In this document: one piece after another, positions 29,395 through 39,229 of the stretch
Position numbering within the stretch: position 1 is the first letter of the stretch
How the letters are laid out: each line of letters starts with the position of its first letter
Assembly (NCBI GenBank): GCA_965204735.1
Contig: OZ242008.1
Coordinates: 608,001-672,000 of the forward strand
Direction of reading: 5' to 3'
Length of the DNA stretch: 64,000 bases
From: Longimicrobiales bacterium
GTDB lineage: Bacteria; Gemmatimonadota; Gemmatimonadetes; Longimicrobiales; Gaopeijiaceae
Made by a program: the position numbers and the translations under genes
The notes under the pieces: model-generated
Databases searched by the model: none
Told to the model about the DNA's origin: nothing
What the model saw: only the letters and a program-made list of their open reading frames with translations

Positions 29395-31760
29395 CCACGC
29401 CCAGGACTTCCGCCAAGATCTGCGGCATGGGCCACTCCATGAAGCGCAAGGAGGACCCGCGCTTCCTCCAGGGCAAGGGCGCCTACATCGACGACCACGT
29501 CCTGCCGGGGATGCTCTGGCTGGACATCGTCCGAAGCCCCGTCGCCCACGGGAAGATCAAGAAGATCGACACGGCCAAGGCGCTGGAGACGCCCGGCGTG
29601 CTGGCCGTCCTGACCGGCAAGGACCTGGAGGCGTACAACCTGCACTGGATGCCGACCCTGATGTCGGACACCCAGATGGTGCTGCCCACGGACACGGTCA
29701 TGTACCAGTCCCAGGAGGTGGCCGGCGTGATCGCAACCAGCCGGTACGCCGCCGCCGACGGCGTGGCCGCCGTGGAAGTCGAGTACGAGCCGATGACGCC
29801 CGTGGTCGATCCGTTCAGGGCGCTCGATCCGGACGCGCCCGTGCTGCGAACCGACAAGGAGGGCCAGACGGACAACCGAATCTGGCACTGGGAGGACGGC
29901 GACAGGGAGGCCACGGATCGGGTCTTCCGAGAGGCGGACGTGGTGGTGCGCGAGAAGATGCACATCCCGCGCATCCACGTGGCGTCGATCGAGACGTGCG
30001 GCTGCCTGGCGGACTTCAACCCCGTCGAGGGACACCTGACCGTCTACATGACCACGCAGGCGCCCCACGCCATCCGAACCGTGCTGGCGCTGGTGGCCGG
30101 CCACGTGGGCCTGTCGGAGGAGAAGATTCGCGTCGTGTCGCCGGACATCGGCGGCGGCTTCGGCGGAAAGGTGCCGGTCTACCCCGGCTACGTGATCGCC
30201 ATTGCCGCGTCGGTGGTGCTGGGCAAGCCCGTCAAGTGGATCGAGGACCGGATGGAGAACCTCCAGGCCGACTCCTTCGCCCGCGACTACCACATGGACG
30301 CCGAGCTGGCCGCCGACGCCGACGGCCGCATCCGCGGGCTGCGCATCAAGACGCTGGCCGACCACGGCTACTCCGACGCCCAGGCGTCGCCGTCCAAGTT
30401 CCCGGCCGGACTCTTCTCGATCTGCACGGGCTCCTACGACATGGAGCAGGCGTTCGCAGAGGTGGACGCGGTCTACACGAACAAGCCGCCGGGGGGCGTG
30501 GCGTACCGCTGCTCGTTCCGGGTCACGGAGGCCGTCCACTGCATCGAGCGGATGGTGGACGTGCTGGCTCAGGAAGTGGGCAAGGACCCGGCCCAGCTGC
30601 GGGCCGAGAACTTCATCGCCAAGGACGCGTTCCCCTACAAGTCGCCGTTGGGCTGGGAGTACGACAGCGGCGACTACCACGCCGCGCTGGAGAAGGCCAA
30701 GGAGATCGTCGGCTACGACGACTTGCGCAGGGAGCAGGCCGAGAAGCGCGCCCGGGGCGAGTTCATGGGGATCGGCATCTCCAGCTTCACCGAGATCGTG
30801 GGCGCGGGGCCGGCGGAGCAGTTCGACATCCTGGGCATCAAGATGTTCGACTCGGCCGAAGTGAGGGTGCACCCGACGGGCAAGGCGATTGCCCGCTTCG
30901 GCACCAAGTCGCAGGGGCAGGGGCACGAGACCACCTACGCCCAGATCCTGGCCGAGGAGCTGGGGCTGCCCGCCGCCCACATCCAGATCGAGGAGGGCGA
31001 CACCGACACCGCGCCCTACGGCTTGGGCACTTACGCCAGCCGCTCCACGCCCACCGCCGGTGCGGCCGCGGCGATCGCGGCGCGGAAGATCAGGAAGAAG
31101 GCCGCCAAGATCGCCTCGCACCTGCTGGAGGTCGGCGAGGCGGACTTGGAGTGGGAGCCCGGCAAGTTCTCGGTCAAGGGCGCGCCCCAGAAGTCGGTGA
31201 CGATCCAGGACGTGGCGTTCGCGGCGTACACCAACCCGCCGCCGGGAACGGAGCCGGGGCTGGAAGCGGTCAACTACTACGACCCGCCCAACCTGACCTT
31301 CCCCTTCGGCAGCTACATCTGCGTCGTGGAGATCGACCGGGGCACCGGCGAGGTGAAGGTGCGGCGCTTCGTGGCCGTGGACGACTGCGGCAACATCATC
31401 AACCCGATGATCGTGCAGGGGCAGGTCCACGGCGGGCTGACGCAAGGGCTGGGGCCGGCGCTGTACGAGGAGATCCCCTACGACGAGGACGGGAACAACC
31501 TGGCCGGCTCGTTCATGGACTACCTGGTGCCCACCGCCGTCGAGACGCCCGCCTGGGAGACGGCCCACACGGTCACGCCGTCGCCGCACCATCCGCTGGG
31601 CGCCAAGGGCGTGGGCGAGTCGGCCACCGTGGGCGCTCCGCCGGCGATCGCCAACGCAGTCGTGGACGCCCTGGCCCACCTGGGCGTTCGCCACGTCGAG
31701 ATCCCGATCACCCCCGACCGCGTGTGGGCGATCCTCAAGGAGAAGGGAGCGGCGGAGTAG
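29391..31760 (+). CDS. coxL: Aerobic CO dehydrogenase large subunit, form I (Mo-Cu)
   Basis: Form I active-site motif [42 protein letters not shown] gene order. Confidence 0.95.
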   Translation: MTTPRTSAKICGMGHSMKRKEDPRFLQGKGAYIDDHVLPGMLWLDIVRSPVAHGKIKKIDTAKALETPGVLAVLTGKDLEAYNLHWMPTLMSDTQMVLPTDTVMYQSQEVAGVIATSRYAAADGVAAVEVEYEPMTPVVDPFRALDPDAPVLRTDKEGQTDNRIWHWEDGDREATDRVFREADVVVREKMHIPRIHVASIETCGCLADFNPVEGHLTVYMTTQAPHAIRTVLALVAGHVGLSEEKIRVVSPDIGGGFGGKVPVYPGYVIAIAASVVLGKPVKWIEDRMENLQADSFARDYHMDAELAADADGRIRGLRIKTLADHGYSDAQASPSKFPAGLFSICTGSYDMEQAFAEVDAVYTNKPPGGVAYRCSFRVTEAVHCIERMVDVLAQEVGKDPAQLRAENFIAKDAFPYKSPLGWEYDSGDYHAALEKAKEIVGYDDLRREQAEKRARGEFMGIGISSFTEIVGAGPAEQFDILGIKMFDSAEVRVHPTGKAIARFGTKSQGQGHETTYAQILAEELGLPAAHIQIEEGDTDTAPYGLGTYASRSTPTAGAAAAIAARKIRKKAAKIASHLLEVGEADLEWEPGKFSVKGAPQKSVTIQDVAFAAYTNPPPGTEPGLEAVNYYDPPNLTFPFGSYICVVEIDRGTGEVKVRRFVAVDDCGNIINPMIVQGQVHGGLTQGLGPALYEEIPYDEDGNNLAGSFMDYLVPTAVETPAWETAHTVTPSPHHPLGAKGVGESATVGAPPAIANAVVDALAHLGVRHVEIPITPDRVWAILKEKGAAE

Positions 31761-31843
31761 GGCGGGAGCCGCGGGCCGGCGCGCCGGGCGTACGGACGAG
31801 CCCAAGGCCGGGGCGCCCCGAGCACGACCCCGTCGCCGCGCTG

Positions 31844-32467
31844 TTGCGCCGGAACCGACGATGGGCCGATTCGGTCGCCCGCGCTCGCCCGTCGCGCTTC
31901 GCCGCCTTGGCCGCGGGCCAGTCGCCGGCGCTGATGTGGATCGGCTGCTGCGATTCCCGGGTGGTCCCGACCGAGCTCCTCGACCTGGACCTGGGCGACG
32001 TCTTCGTCCACACCAACGTCGCCAACTTGGTGAAGCCCGACGACGCCGGCGCTCTTTCGGCGCTCCAGCACGCGGTCGACAACCTCCGCGTGGACCATGT
32101 CGTCGTGTGCGGCCACACCCGCTGCGCAGGCGTCGAGGCGGCGGTCTCCAACACCGCCGACGGCCACTTGGCCGAGTGGGTACGGCCGATCAGGGAGTTC
32201 TACGCGACAGAGTTGGCCAAGGGCGCGGTCTTCGGCCAGGACCTTCGCGAGGAGTTCGACGCCCTCTGCCGAGCCAACGTCGTCAACCAGGTGTCCACCC
32301 TCTTGGGAACGCCGCTTCTCAAGCGCGCCTGGGAGCGTCGGCGGGCTCCCGAGGTTCACGGCTGGCTCTACCGAGTGGAGGACGGGCTGATCGAGCCGCT
32401 CTGTCGCCGTTCGCCCGATCAGGCGCCCAGCACTGAACCACGGCTCCGTCAGCCGACGCGTACTTGA
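31844..32467 (+). CDS. can: Beta-class carbonic anhydrase (start uncertain: TTG 31844 or GTG 31724)
   Basis: [13 protein letters not shown] (Zn Cys/Asp), [15 protein letters not shown] (His/Cys ligands), HGWLY. Confidence 0.82.
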   Translation: MRRNRRWADSVARARPSRFAALAAGQSPALMWIGCCDSRVVPTELLDLDLGDVFVHTNVANLVKPDDAGALSALQHAVDNLRVDHVVVCGHTRCAGVEAAVSNTADGHLAEWVRPIREFYATELAKGAVFGQDLREEFDALCRANVVNQVSTLLGTPLLKRAWERRRAPEVHGWLYRVEDGLIEPLCRRSPDQAPSTEPRLRQPTRT

Positions 32468-34451
32468 CCTTGAGCGCCTCGTGCCGTTCGCGCCAGCGCG
32501 CCAGCGACTGCGCCCACTGGTCGCTGCCGAACGTACGCAGCAGAGCGAATGCCTCGGGTTCGATCTGATAACAGTACTTCGGACTGTTGACAGGGCGGTC
32601 CGGCTGGTCCGGGTTGGCCACGATCAGTCCAGCGTCCACGAACTGGTGAAGCGTGAAGCGCCGGAAGGTTTCCCTCGTGTTGGGCGCGTAGGTCCGTCCG
32701 TAGTGCGTTCTTGCCCACTCCATTATGGGCGTCGTCCCGATTGGAGGATTCGACGCGGACGCCCACGAGTCGGCAGGTCGCATCTTCAGGAGGGCCAGCA
32801 GCGCGAGGGCCGAGCGTTCGTTCTGCTGAGCCCTGGGCAGGCCAAGTTCGCGTAGTGCCGCCAACGCTTCGTCGATTCGCTTCTGGGGACGATTGGCTTT
32901 GGGCATGTGATGCATCTCCTTGCAGTAGGTGCGAAGGGCTTCGTCGGCCGCTTGGCCGATCAGGGGTTCGTCCAGCACCGCGCCCAGACGCGTCAGGCTC
33001 TCGCCGTCGGGATACCTCAACCTCCGCAGGTCGCCGGCGTTGACTTGCGTGTGGCCGGAGAACTGTCGGAAGTAGCTGTCGACCCAGGTGCTGTTCAGAA
33101 AAGTCGCCAGACCCAGCGCTTGTGCACGCTCGAGAGGCCTGCCGAACTGATGAAAGTAGTTGAGATGATTCTCCAGGCCGAGATGGCGGGCGTCCGAAAA
33201 AGATGGGTCAACGACGGATGCGACGACGCGACGCGGCTCTTCCTTGGTCGTGAACCGCTTGGTAACCACGTACCATCCCGAAGGCACCAGGACCCGTCTC
33301 GTCTGCTCCGAAATCGACAGCGCCTGAGGCTTGTTTACATCCGCGGGCCAGTGGACTCTCATGTTCTGGAAGTTGACAGGGTGAAGCAACGGCGCTGCGT
33401 CTTCCGACCCGTTGGGCGAAGCGAAGTGACCACGCAACCGGAATCCGACAACTGGTCCGGTGGACACTTGCAAGCCCAGACGACGCAGAGAGCCAGGCAG
33501 TTTGGCCACGCTTCGAGCAAGTCGAAGGCCCCATGCGTCCGACGGTAGCCTCAGCACGATGTCCGCGTCGTCGGGCAGGACCACTTCGTCCGGCTTGGCT
33601 TCTCGAGTCCACGCTGGATCTTCTGCCACGCCGTCGTTGAACGACAGCGACACGAAGCGATTCCTCGACGCTCCCCGTTGCAGCGCCAGCACGACGTTCT
33701 CCTGCAGTACGGCATCCTCTTCGAATGCCTGGTCCCGCCGAGCGAACAAGTGGATGCGACGAATCGTTGCGGAATCGAGGAGATACCGGCGGAATCGTCT
33801 GAAGTAGGTGCCGTTGCAAAAACTCCTTGGCACGATTGCGACGATGGTTCCACCTGGCCTGACGACGTGCACGGCAAGGCCTAGGAATGCGGCGTACAGG
33901 TTGGGCGCCGCAATGCCGAGCGCGTCCAGTCGGCCGCGAAGCTCAGATCTGGATGAGAGCTTCCTGTATGGAGGATTGAGAACCGCCGCGTCGTATCGTT
34001 CGCGTCCATCGAAGATGCTGCCGAATCCGTCCCCCGACGCCCATGCGGCGAAGTCCTCCAGCCGCAGCGAGACTTGACAGCTCACGCCAAGTGCACCGCA
34101 AGCTTGACGAACCGCTTGCGCACTGCGTTCCAGGAAGGGTCGCAGCGCCGGGTCGATCTCGAAGGCCGTGATTCGCAAGGAAGCCGGCGGTCGCTCCCGA
34201 CCGAGGCTGTGGGCTGCAAGCGTCGTAAACAGCGTCCCCGCTCCAGCTCCGGGATCCAAGATATGGAACGACCGCTGGCCGACATCGTGCTCGAACATCG
34301 ACGCCATGAGCTCCGCCACCCAGATCGGCGTGAAGTACTGAGCCAGTTGGTCCTGGCGGTCGGGCGCCAGCTGTGCCCTTGCGGCGTCGCGCACAACGTC
34401 GGCTACTGTCAACAGACCATTGGCGGTCGGGGCAACCTTCATGCGCACCAT
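32319..34451 (-). CDS. BsuBI/PstI-like N6-adenine MTase read in frame into the N-terminal half of a BsuBI/PstI REase whose catalytic half is missing
   Basis: [56 protein letters not shown]; then from 32906 [14 protein letters not shown]...[17 protein letters not shown]...[12 protein letters not shown]. Recognisable similarity stops near 32456. Confidence 0.8.
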   Translation of the reverse strand: MVRMKVAPTANGLLTVADVVRDAARAQLAPDRQDQLAQYFTPIWVAELMASMFEHDVGQRSFHILDPGAGAGTLFTTLAAHSLGRERPPASLRITAFEIDPALRPFLERSAQAVRQACGALGVSCQVSLRLEDFAAWASGDGFGSIFDGRERYDAAVLNPPYRKLSSRSELRGRLDALGIAAPNLYAAFLGLAVHVVRPGGTIVAIVPRSFCNGTYFRRFRRYLLDSATIRRIHLFARRDQAFEEDAVLQENVVLALQRGASRNRFVSLSFNDGVAEDPAWTREAKPDEVVLPDDADIVLRLPSDAWGLRLARSVAKLPGSLRRLGLQVSTGPVVGFRLRGHFASPNGSEDAAPLLHPVNFQNMRVHWPADVNKPQALSISEQTRRVLVPSGWYVVTKRFTTKEEPRRVVASVVDPSFSDARHLGLENHLNYFHQFGRPLERAQALGLATFLNSTWVDSYFRQFSGHTQVNAGDLRRLRYPDGESLTRLGAVLDEPLIGQAADEALRTYCKEMHHMPKANRPQKRIDEALAALRELGLPRAQQNERSALALLALLKMRPADSWASASNPPIGTTPIMEWARTHYGRTYAPNTRETFRRFTLHQFVDAGLIVANPDQPDRPVNSPKYCYQIEPEAFALLRTFGSDQWAQSLARWRERHEALKVKYASADGAVVQCWAPDRANGDRAARSARPPLGRASREPREPADAPRRA

Positions 34452-34497
34452 CACGCTCTCTCTTCGACGACAGCGTCCGCGAATTGCCGGCCGGGGT

Positions 34498-35184
34498 TCA
34501 ACGCTTTCGACCCACGACCACCGCCATCGGTCCTTCGCGCCAAGCGCACTCGGCGTGGAAGCCGGCGGCGTGCACGGCAGCAAGCTCTTCTTCCATCGGG
34601 TGGTACGTGTCCTCGTCGGCCCATTCGGCAAAGTGCTCGAACGCGCGCTCCCTCGCAACCCCCTGGGCGACCATGTGCGCCGCCCACCGATCGTAGGTGG
34701 CGGCTTGCCCGGCGGCGTCGGCGGGCATCACGGCGTCGGCGTTGACGAAGACGCCGCCGGCGGGGAGTGCATTGAAGACGCGTTTGTACAAGCGACGCTT
34801 TTCCGACATCAGGGGTACGTGATGAAGAGCCAGGGACGCCACGGCGGCGTCGCAGCAGGGGAGCGGTTCGTGATAGGATTGCTGCAGAAAGCCGATGCGG
34901 TCGTTGAAGCGGACCAGCCGCACCCGCGCCTGGTCGATCATCTCGCCATCGACGTCGAGAAGGGTGGCCGTCGGAGCGAAGCCGTCCAGCGCGGCGCGCT
35001 CGAGAACCGCCTGGGAGAGCGCTCCGGTTCCCGCGCCCAAGTCTAGAACTCGCCTCGGCCGCGCCGCGGCGACCTGCTCCGCCGCAACCGAAAGCATGAC
35101 GTCGTAGCCGGGAATGAAGCGCCGAATGGCCTTGTCGTAGGCAGCAACCTCGACGCCCAGATGAGTGCGCACGGAGTGGGACAT
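34498..35184 (-). CDS. Class I SAM-dependent methyltransferase (CmoA-like, small molecule or RNA)
   Basis: YDKAIRRFIPGYDVML, LDLGAGTG, SLALHH, LPAGGVFVNAD. Confidence 0.85.
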   Translation of the reverse strand: MSHSVRTHLGVEVAAYDKAIRRFIPGYDVMLSVAAEQVAAARPRRVLDLGAGTGALSQAVLERAALDGFAPTATLLDVDGEMIDQARVRLVRFNDRIGFLQQSYHEPLPCCDAAVASLALHHVPLMSEKRRLYKRVFNALPAGGVFVNADAVMPADAAGQAATYDRWAAHMVAQGVARERAFEHFAEWADEDTYHPMEEELAAVHAAGFHAECAWREGPMAVVVGRKR

Positions 35185-35322
35185 GGCGTAGTTTGGCGGA
35201 TTCGCTCCCGGGCGGAAAGGGCTCTCTGATCCATTCGGTCGAGCCCCGACCGGCGCCGGCTGCGCCCCTCCCGGCCGCACCGGATGGACAGCCTCCGCGA
35301 GGGTCGGGGGTGAACCGTGCCC

Positions 35323-35468
35323 CGCCCAGGCTGGCCTCCGCTCGCCCAGGCCGGCCTCCGCTCGCTCCGCATAATGCTGGGGCTGACCCAGCGCGAGCTG
35401 GTGGACCGCCTCCGCGTCAGCCCGATCACCGTTGGGAAGCCGGGAAGTCCTGGCCCAACGCATGTCCC
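35323..35468 (+). pseudogene. Degenerate copy of the XRE-HTH-encoding 5' end of the 39230 helicase gene
   Basis: cgcccaggccggcctccgctcgctccgc...ctggggctgacccagcgcgagctg...cgcgtcagcccgatcaccgt matches 39256-39390, with a 7-nt deletion (gcaccgc) that shifts the frame. Confidence 0.8.
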
Positions 35469-35472
35469 ATCG

Positions 35473-37809
35473 TCATCTCTGGGCCTCTGCAACCCTCGCG
35501 ACAACATCTTCGGCCACCTTCAGCACCTCGACGGGCACGCTGACCTTCGCGCCGGCAAGAATCTGCAGCGCGACTACCAGCGGCCACAGTGACCGGGCCT
35601 TCGCTGGATCGCCGGACAACACCTCCAGCAGATCCCGAGCCCGTGCGCCCTCGACGAGCAGGTCGTTGGTGCGACCGGCCATCTCGGCCACCATGTTCTC
35701 GTTGCTGGTGTCCAATTGCCTGTACAACCACAGCACGTCCGTCACCACTTCCTGTCCGTCGCCGTCTTGTCCACGCGCTCGAGCGCGTATCCACCGAGCG
35801 AGCCACTTGGCCGGTATCCCGGCTCCGCCGGTCGCATCGCCGAATCGTTGTTCCAGCTCGCTGCTCGTCTCGATCGCCAGTAGGGGCTGCCTCGTCCAAC
35901 ACTCGGCGTCGCCCTTCACAACCAGCGCGTCGAGCAACGCTGTGCGTTCGTGTGCGGAGCCGTCGGCCCCGCAGCTGTCCAGAATCTCTTGACAGGTTGC
36001 AATCGCCTTGTGGAAGAGCCCAGACAGCAACTCCGACCGAGCCCGCTTGGCCAGTGTGCTGCGTACAAGAGTCCTGTACGTTGGCGCGGAATCGTCGCCG
36101 AAACGTTGCACCAAGGCGTCGAAAGTTCGTATCGCATCGACGTGACGACTCAATTGGAGCTGAAGACAGCCCTTGTCATAAAGTGCCTCAGCCAAGCATC
36201 CACGCAGCCCGGGCGTGACCGCCGGTTCGCAGTGCCTGACCATGTCGTCGCAAATACGAATGGCTTCGCCAAGGCCGCCGGATCGGTGAAATATCCTGCT
36301 CGCGAGACCATGGGAAAGAGCAACGTCTTCCCTGATCTCCGGTGACTTCTCCTTCCAGTACCGGCCAAGGATCCATTGGCAGTATGCGAGTGCATTCAAG
36401 CGACGGCCTTGATTGTAGGAAAGGCGGCCGAGATTGAGGAGCGCCCGGCTGGCCTTCGCCCTGGTCTGCGCGTCGTCACGGCCTTCGCACTCCTGAACCG
36501 TCTGCTTCCACGTTGCCGCTGCCGCTTCCGGCGCCGAGTTGGCGATGTCCGGATCCTCGTCGAGGGCACGCCGCAAGCCGGCTGCGATCAGCCGATCACC
36601 GGTAGCGAAGTCCTCGTTCAGCATACTGCCGAAATTGTTCTTGTCGTAGAAGTTCGCCATGAACAGAATCAAGTGCTTTACGACATCGACTGCGTCGCGG
36701 TCGCGGCGCAGCTTGTAGTAGAAACAGTAGAGGCGCTCCGCGACAGCGTATCGACGCCGACCGTTGTTGCGCTGGACGACCACCGCGCCCCGGCGTTCGA
36801 GCCTGCCGAGCAGCACGGAGACCACGCGAACGTCCTTGCCAGCCCGCGCTGCCACCTCGCCCGACGTCGAGGGACGCCAAAGATCAATGACCGCCACGAA
36901 CACCCGCCGCTCGGCCTTGGGCAGCGCTTCCAAGTTGCTCCGAAAGTACTCGGTGTGCTCGTCGACAAGCATGACCATGTCCTCGACGAGCCGACGCATC
37001 GACCGGTGCTGAGAAAGGGCCGCTACCATGACAAGAAGCCGGGGATTTCCGCCGGTCAGGATCTCGAGCGGGCGCACTTGACGTTCCGTTGCGGCGCGGC
37101 CTGTCACGGTCTTCCACAGGCGACAGCACTCATCCAGGGTCAGAGGGTCGAGCCCGAGAACCCTGAACATCTCGAAAAACGAAGCCTTGGTGTCGTCCAG
37201 CCCCTCGAAGCGACGTGTTGCGCTCGCCAGCAAGATCAACCTTGGTTCCGTCTGCAACACCTGCCGAAGCTGCCATCCAAGGTCTTCGTCGACGGCGTCG
37301 TTCAGTGCGTGCAGGTTCTCGACCATCACCACCAACTTCTTGCCCAGGCGTTCGACGGCGTCCAGCACGGTCGCCCGTACCCGGTCGGCGAGCCCCTCGC
37401 TTCGCCGATCGGCGCCAAAGGAGGCGTGTACGGCGCGCAGCTCGGCGGCGAGCGCTGGGTCGACACGCCGGCACTCCGTTGCCAAGTGACGCAGCACTTC
37501 CATCCAGAAGTCGGCAAGGGTGAAGATTTCGTAGCTCTCTTCCATGAAGCGCACCGGCAACAGCTGGCCTGCCAGCTCGTCGTTCAGCCGAAGCTCCGCG
37601 GCCACCCGGGCCAGCAGCATCGTCTTTCCCGTGCCCCGGGGACCGATGACGAGAGCGTGCTGGCAGGAAGACGCGCCGACGTTGCGGCGGAGAACGTCCA
37701 TGAGGACCGCGAACTCGTGCTGTCGCACCACGAACTGCTCCGCCACTTCTTCATCCCGCTGAAATGCACCGGGGTTGAATTTGCGAATCGGGCGGTGGGG
37801 CAAGATCAC
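35473..37809 (-). CDS. STAND-like P-loop ATPase with winged helix and C-terminal TPRs
   Basis: Walker A GPRGTGKT, Walker-B-like VVMVENL, LTGGNPRL, wHTH segment (SGEVAARAGK...LGRLERRG), TPR-like helices; GTG 37809 just after the upstream stop. Confidence 0.8.
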   Translation of the reverse strand: MILPHRPIRKFNPGAFQRDEEVAEQFVVRQHEFAVLMDVLRRNVGASSCQHALVIGPRGTGKTMLLARVAAELRLNDELAGQLLPVRFMEESYEIFTLADFWMEVLRHLATECRRVDPALAAELRAVHASFGADRRSEGLADRVRATVLDAVERLGKKLVVMVENLHALNDAVDEDLGWQLRQVLQTEPRLILLASATRRFEGLDDTKASFFEMFRVLGLDPLTLDECCRLWKTVTGRAATERQVRPLEILTGGNPRLLVMVAALSQHRSMRRLVEDMVMLVDEHTEYFRSNLEALPKAERRVFVAVIDLWRPSTSGEVAARAGKDVRVVSVLLGRLERRGAVVVQRNNGRRRYAVAERLYCFYYKLRRDRDAVDVVKHLILFMANFYDKNNFGSMLNEDFATGDRLIAAGLRRALDEDPDIANSAPEAAAATWKQTVQECEGRDDAQTRAKASRALLNLGRLSYNQGRRLNALAYCQWILGRYWKEKSPEIREDVALSHGLASRIFHRSGGLGEAIRICDDMVRHCEPAVTPGLRGCLAEALYDKGCLQLQLSRHVDAIRTFDALVQRFGDDSAPTYRTLVRSTLAKRARSELLSGLFHKAIATCQEILDSCGADGSAHERTALLDALVVKGDAECWTRQPLLAIETSSELEQRFGDATGGAGIPAKWLARWIRARARGQDGDGQEVVTDVLWLYRQLDTSNENMVAEMAGRTNDLLVEGARARDLLEVLSGDPAKARSLWPLVVALQILAGAKVSVPVEVLKVAEDVVARVAEAQR

Positions 37810-37816
37810 CGGAGGT

Positions 37817-39052
37817 CTACCTTGGTCCCGGGAGAGGCGCCCCGTGCGAGGGCTCGTAGTTTCCAAAGCGCACGGACCACCAGTCCTTCAGCCACTTGGA
37901 CCGAAAGGCGAGGTTAGGACCGTCTCGCTCCAGGTAGCCGTCGTGGACCAGAATGTCCAGCACCAAGGCGACGCGTGGGCGAGCGTCCGTCACTACCTGG
38001 GCAAAGTGCCGTTCAAGGGTATTCCGAGCCTGAAGCGTGACCAAGTCGTGGGTCGCGGCTTCGGCGAGGATCGTCATGGCGATCTCGAAGTTGCGGTCGT
38101 CTGCCAGAGCGTCGTGAAGGCGTTTCTCGTAGTAGAGGAAGTCCACTTCGCCTGCGGGCCCGAGCATCTTCGTCCGGTAGACATCGGCAACGTCCGTGAT
38201 CGTAATCCGCTCGGAGCCGGCAAGAGCGAGGTCCCGGAGCTTCCCGAAGAACGACTGCACGTGGTGCGGGACGCCGAGGCCCAGCCGGTCGTACACGGCG
38301 TCGGCCACCCCTTCGGCGAGGTCGAGATCGCTGGCTGCCGCCAACCGCTCGATGCACCGGACGCAGGTCTTCCGATCCCACGGGCCCAGACGAAACTCGT
38401 CCAGGTAGTTGATTCGGTCGGGAAGTCCAAGCCGGCTGACCAGCGGCACCAGACCAATGCTGCCGGACAGCATGACCACCGGCGACTGGCGACCGCTTTC
38501 TTGGAGCACGGCGCGTATCCAACTCAGCAGTCCTTCGACTCGATCTCGGCCGTCGGGGAGCTTCGAGAGCCTCGTCAGGAAGATCGGGAATTCGTCGATG
38601 ACGACGAGGACGGACGCGTCGTGGTCGGCCAAGTACCGAATGATGTCTCGTCCACGACGGCGCCAGGTCACCTGGTTGAGCCCCGACCGGACCTTCACGG
38701 CGAACACGGACGCGCTGATTTCCTCGACCCGCTCGTATTCCTTGCCAACCCATTCCTTCATTGAACGAGCCAGCCGCGACGACACTGCCCGCACGGGATG
38801 GACGGCCTCGGCCAGGTTGGCGATCATCGCCTCTTCGCTGGTCTCCCCCTCCACGTCGATGTAGAGGAAGACCCACCCCTCCTGTTCGAGGCGTGCGCCG
38901 AGCTCCTGTGCGATGCTCGTCTTGCCCATCCGTCGCTGGCCGGTCAGCAACACGTGGTTGCCGTCTCGAATCCGGGCAGCCAGCTGGCGCAGTTCGGTCT
39001 CTCGGTCGAAGAAGTCCTCGCCGACGACCGGTGGACCTACGGACGATCTCAT
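37817..39052 (-). CDS. AAA / archaeal-ATPase-like P-loop NTPase
   Basis: FFDRETEL, Walker A GQRRMGKTS, Walker B VVIDEFP, LSGSIGL, GVPHHVQ; RBS ggagggag. Confidence 0.85.
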   Translation of the reverse strand: MRSSVGPPVVGEDFFDRETELRQLAARIRDGNHVLLTGQRRMGKTSIAQELGARLEQEGWVFLYIDVEGETSEEAMIANLAEAVHPVRAVSSRLARSMKEWVGKEYERVEEISASVFAVKVRSGLNQVTWRRRGRDIIRYLADHDASVLVVIDEFPIFLTRLSKLPDGRDRVEGLLSWIRAVLQESGRQSPVVMLSGSIGLVPLVSRLGLPDRINYLDEFRLGPWDRKTCVRCIERLAAASDLDLAEGVADAVYDRLGLGVPHHVQSFFGKLRDLALAGSERITITDVADVYRTKMLGPAGEVDFLYYEKRLHDALADDRNFEIAMTILAEAATHDLVTLQARNTLERHFAQVVTDARPRVALVLDILVHDGYLERDGPNLAFRSKWLKDWWSVRFGNYEPSHGAPLPGPR

Positions 39053-39108
39053 TCTGGGCACTCCCTCCGTGGTTGGTCGGTTGAAACGAAGGTAGAAAGG
39101 TGGCATTT

Positions 39109-39138
39109 CAACAATCTTGTTGTCAACAGTCTTGTTGA
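39109..39138. promoter_or_regulatory. Tandem palindromic operator pair CAACA-N4-TGTTG x2
   Basis: CAACAATCTTGTTG (39109-39122) and CAACAGTCTTGTTG (39124-39137) in an AT-rich divergent intergenic region. Confidence 0.6.
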
Positions 39139-39194
39139 TCTCGGCCTACTGGAGTCGCCAAACTAGCACATGATAGGAGTCGAAGGGCCACATC

Positions 39195-39223
39195 TTGACA
39201 CGGACACCGAATCTGCCCATGTT
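39195..39223 (+). promoter_or_regulatory. Putative sigma70 promoter for the helicase operon
   Basis: TTGACA-N17-CATGTT, ending 6 nt before ATG 39230 (leaderless or short leader). Confidence 0.55.
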
Positions 39224-39229
39224 TAAGGG

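Noticed and set aside
29996..31760. 823-aa ORF implying a long N-terminal extension of the carbonic anhydrase
   Set aside because: The upstream part is an off-frame shadow within coxL; only the portion after about 31800 has CA motifs.
34498..35184. DNA methyltransferase of the R-M system
   Set aside because: It lacks DPPY/NPPY/PC catalytic motifs and resembles CmoA-like small-molecule or RNA methyltransferases.
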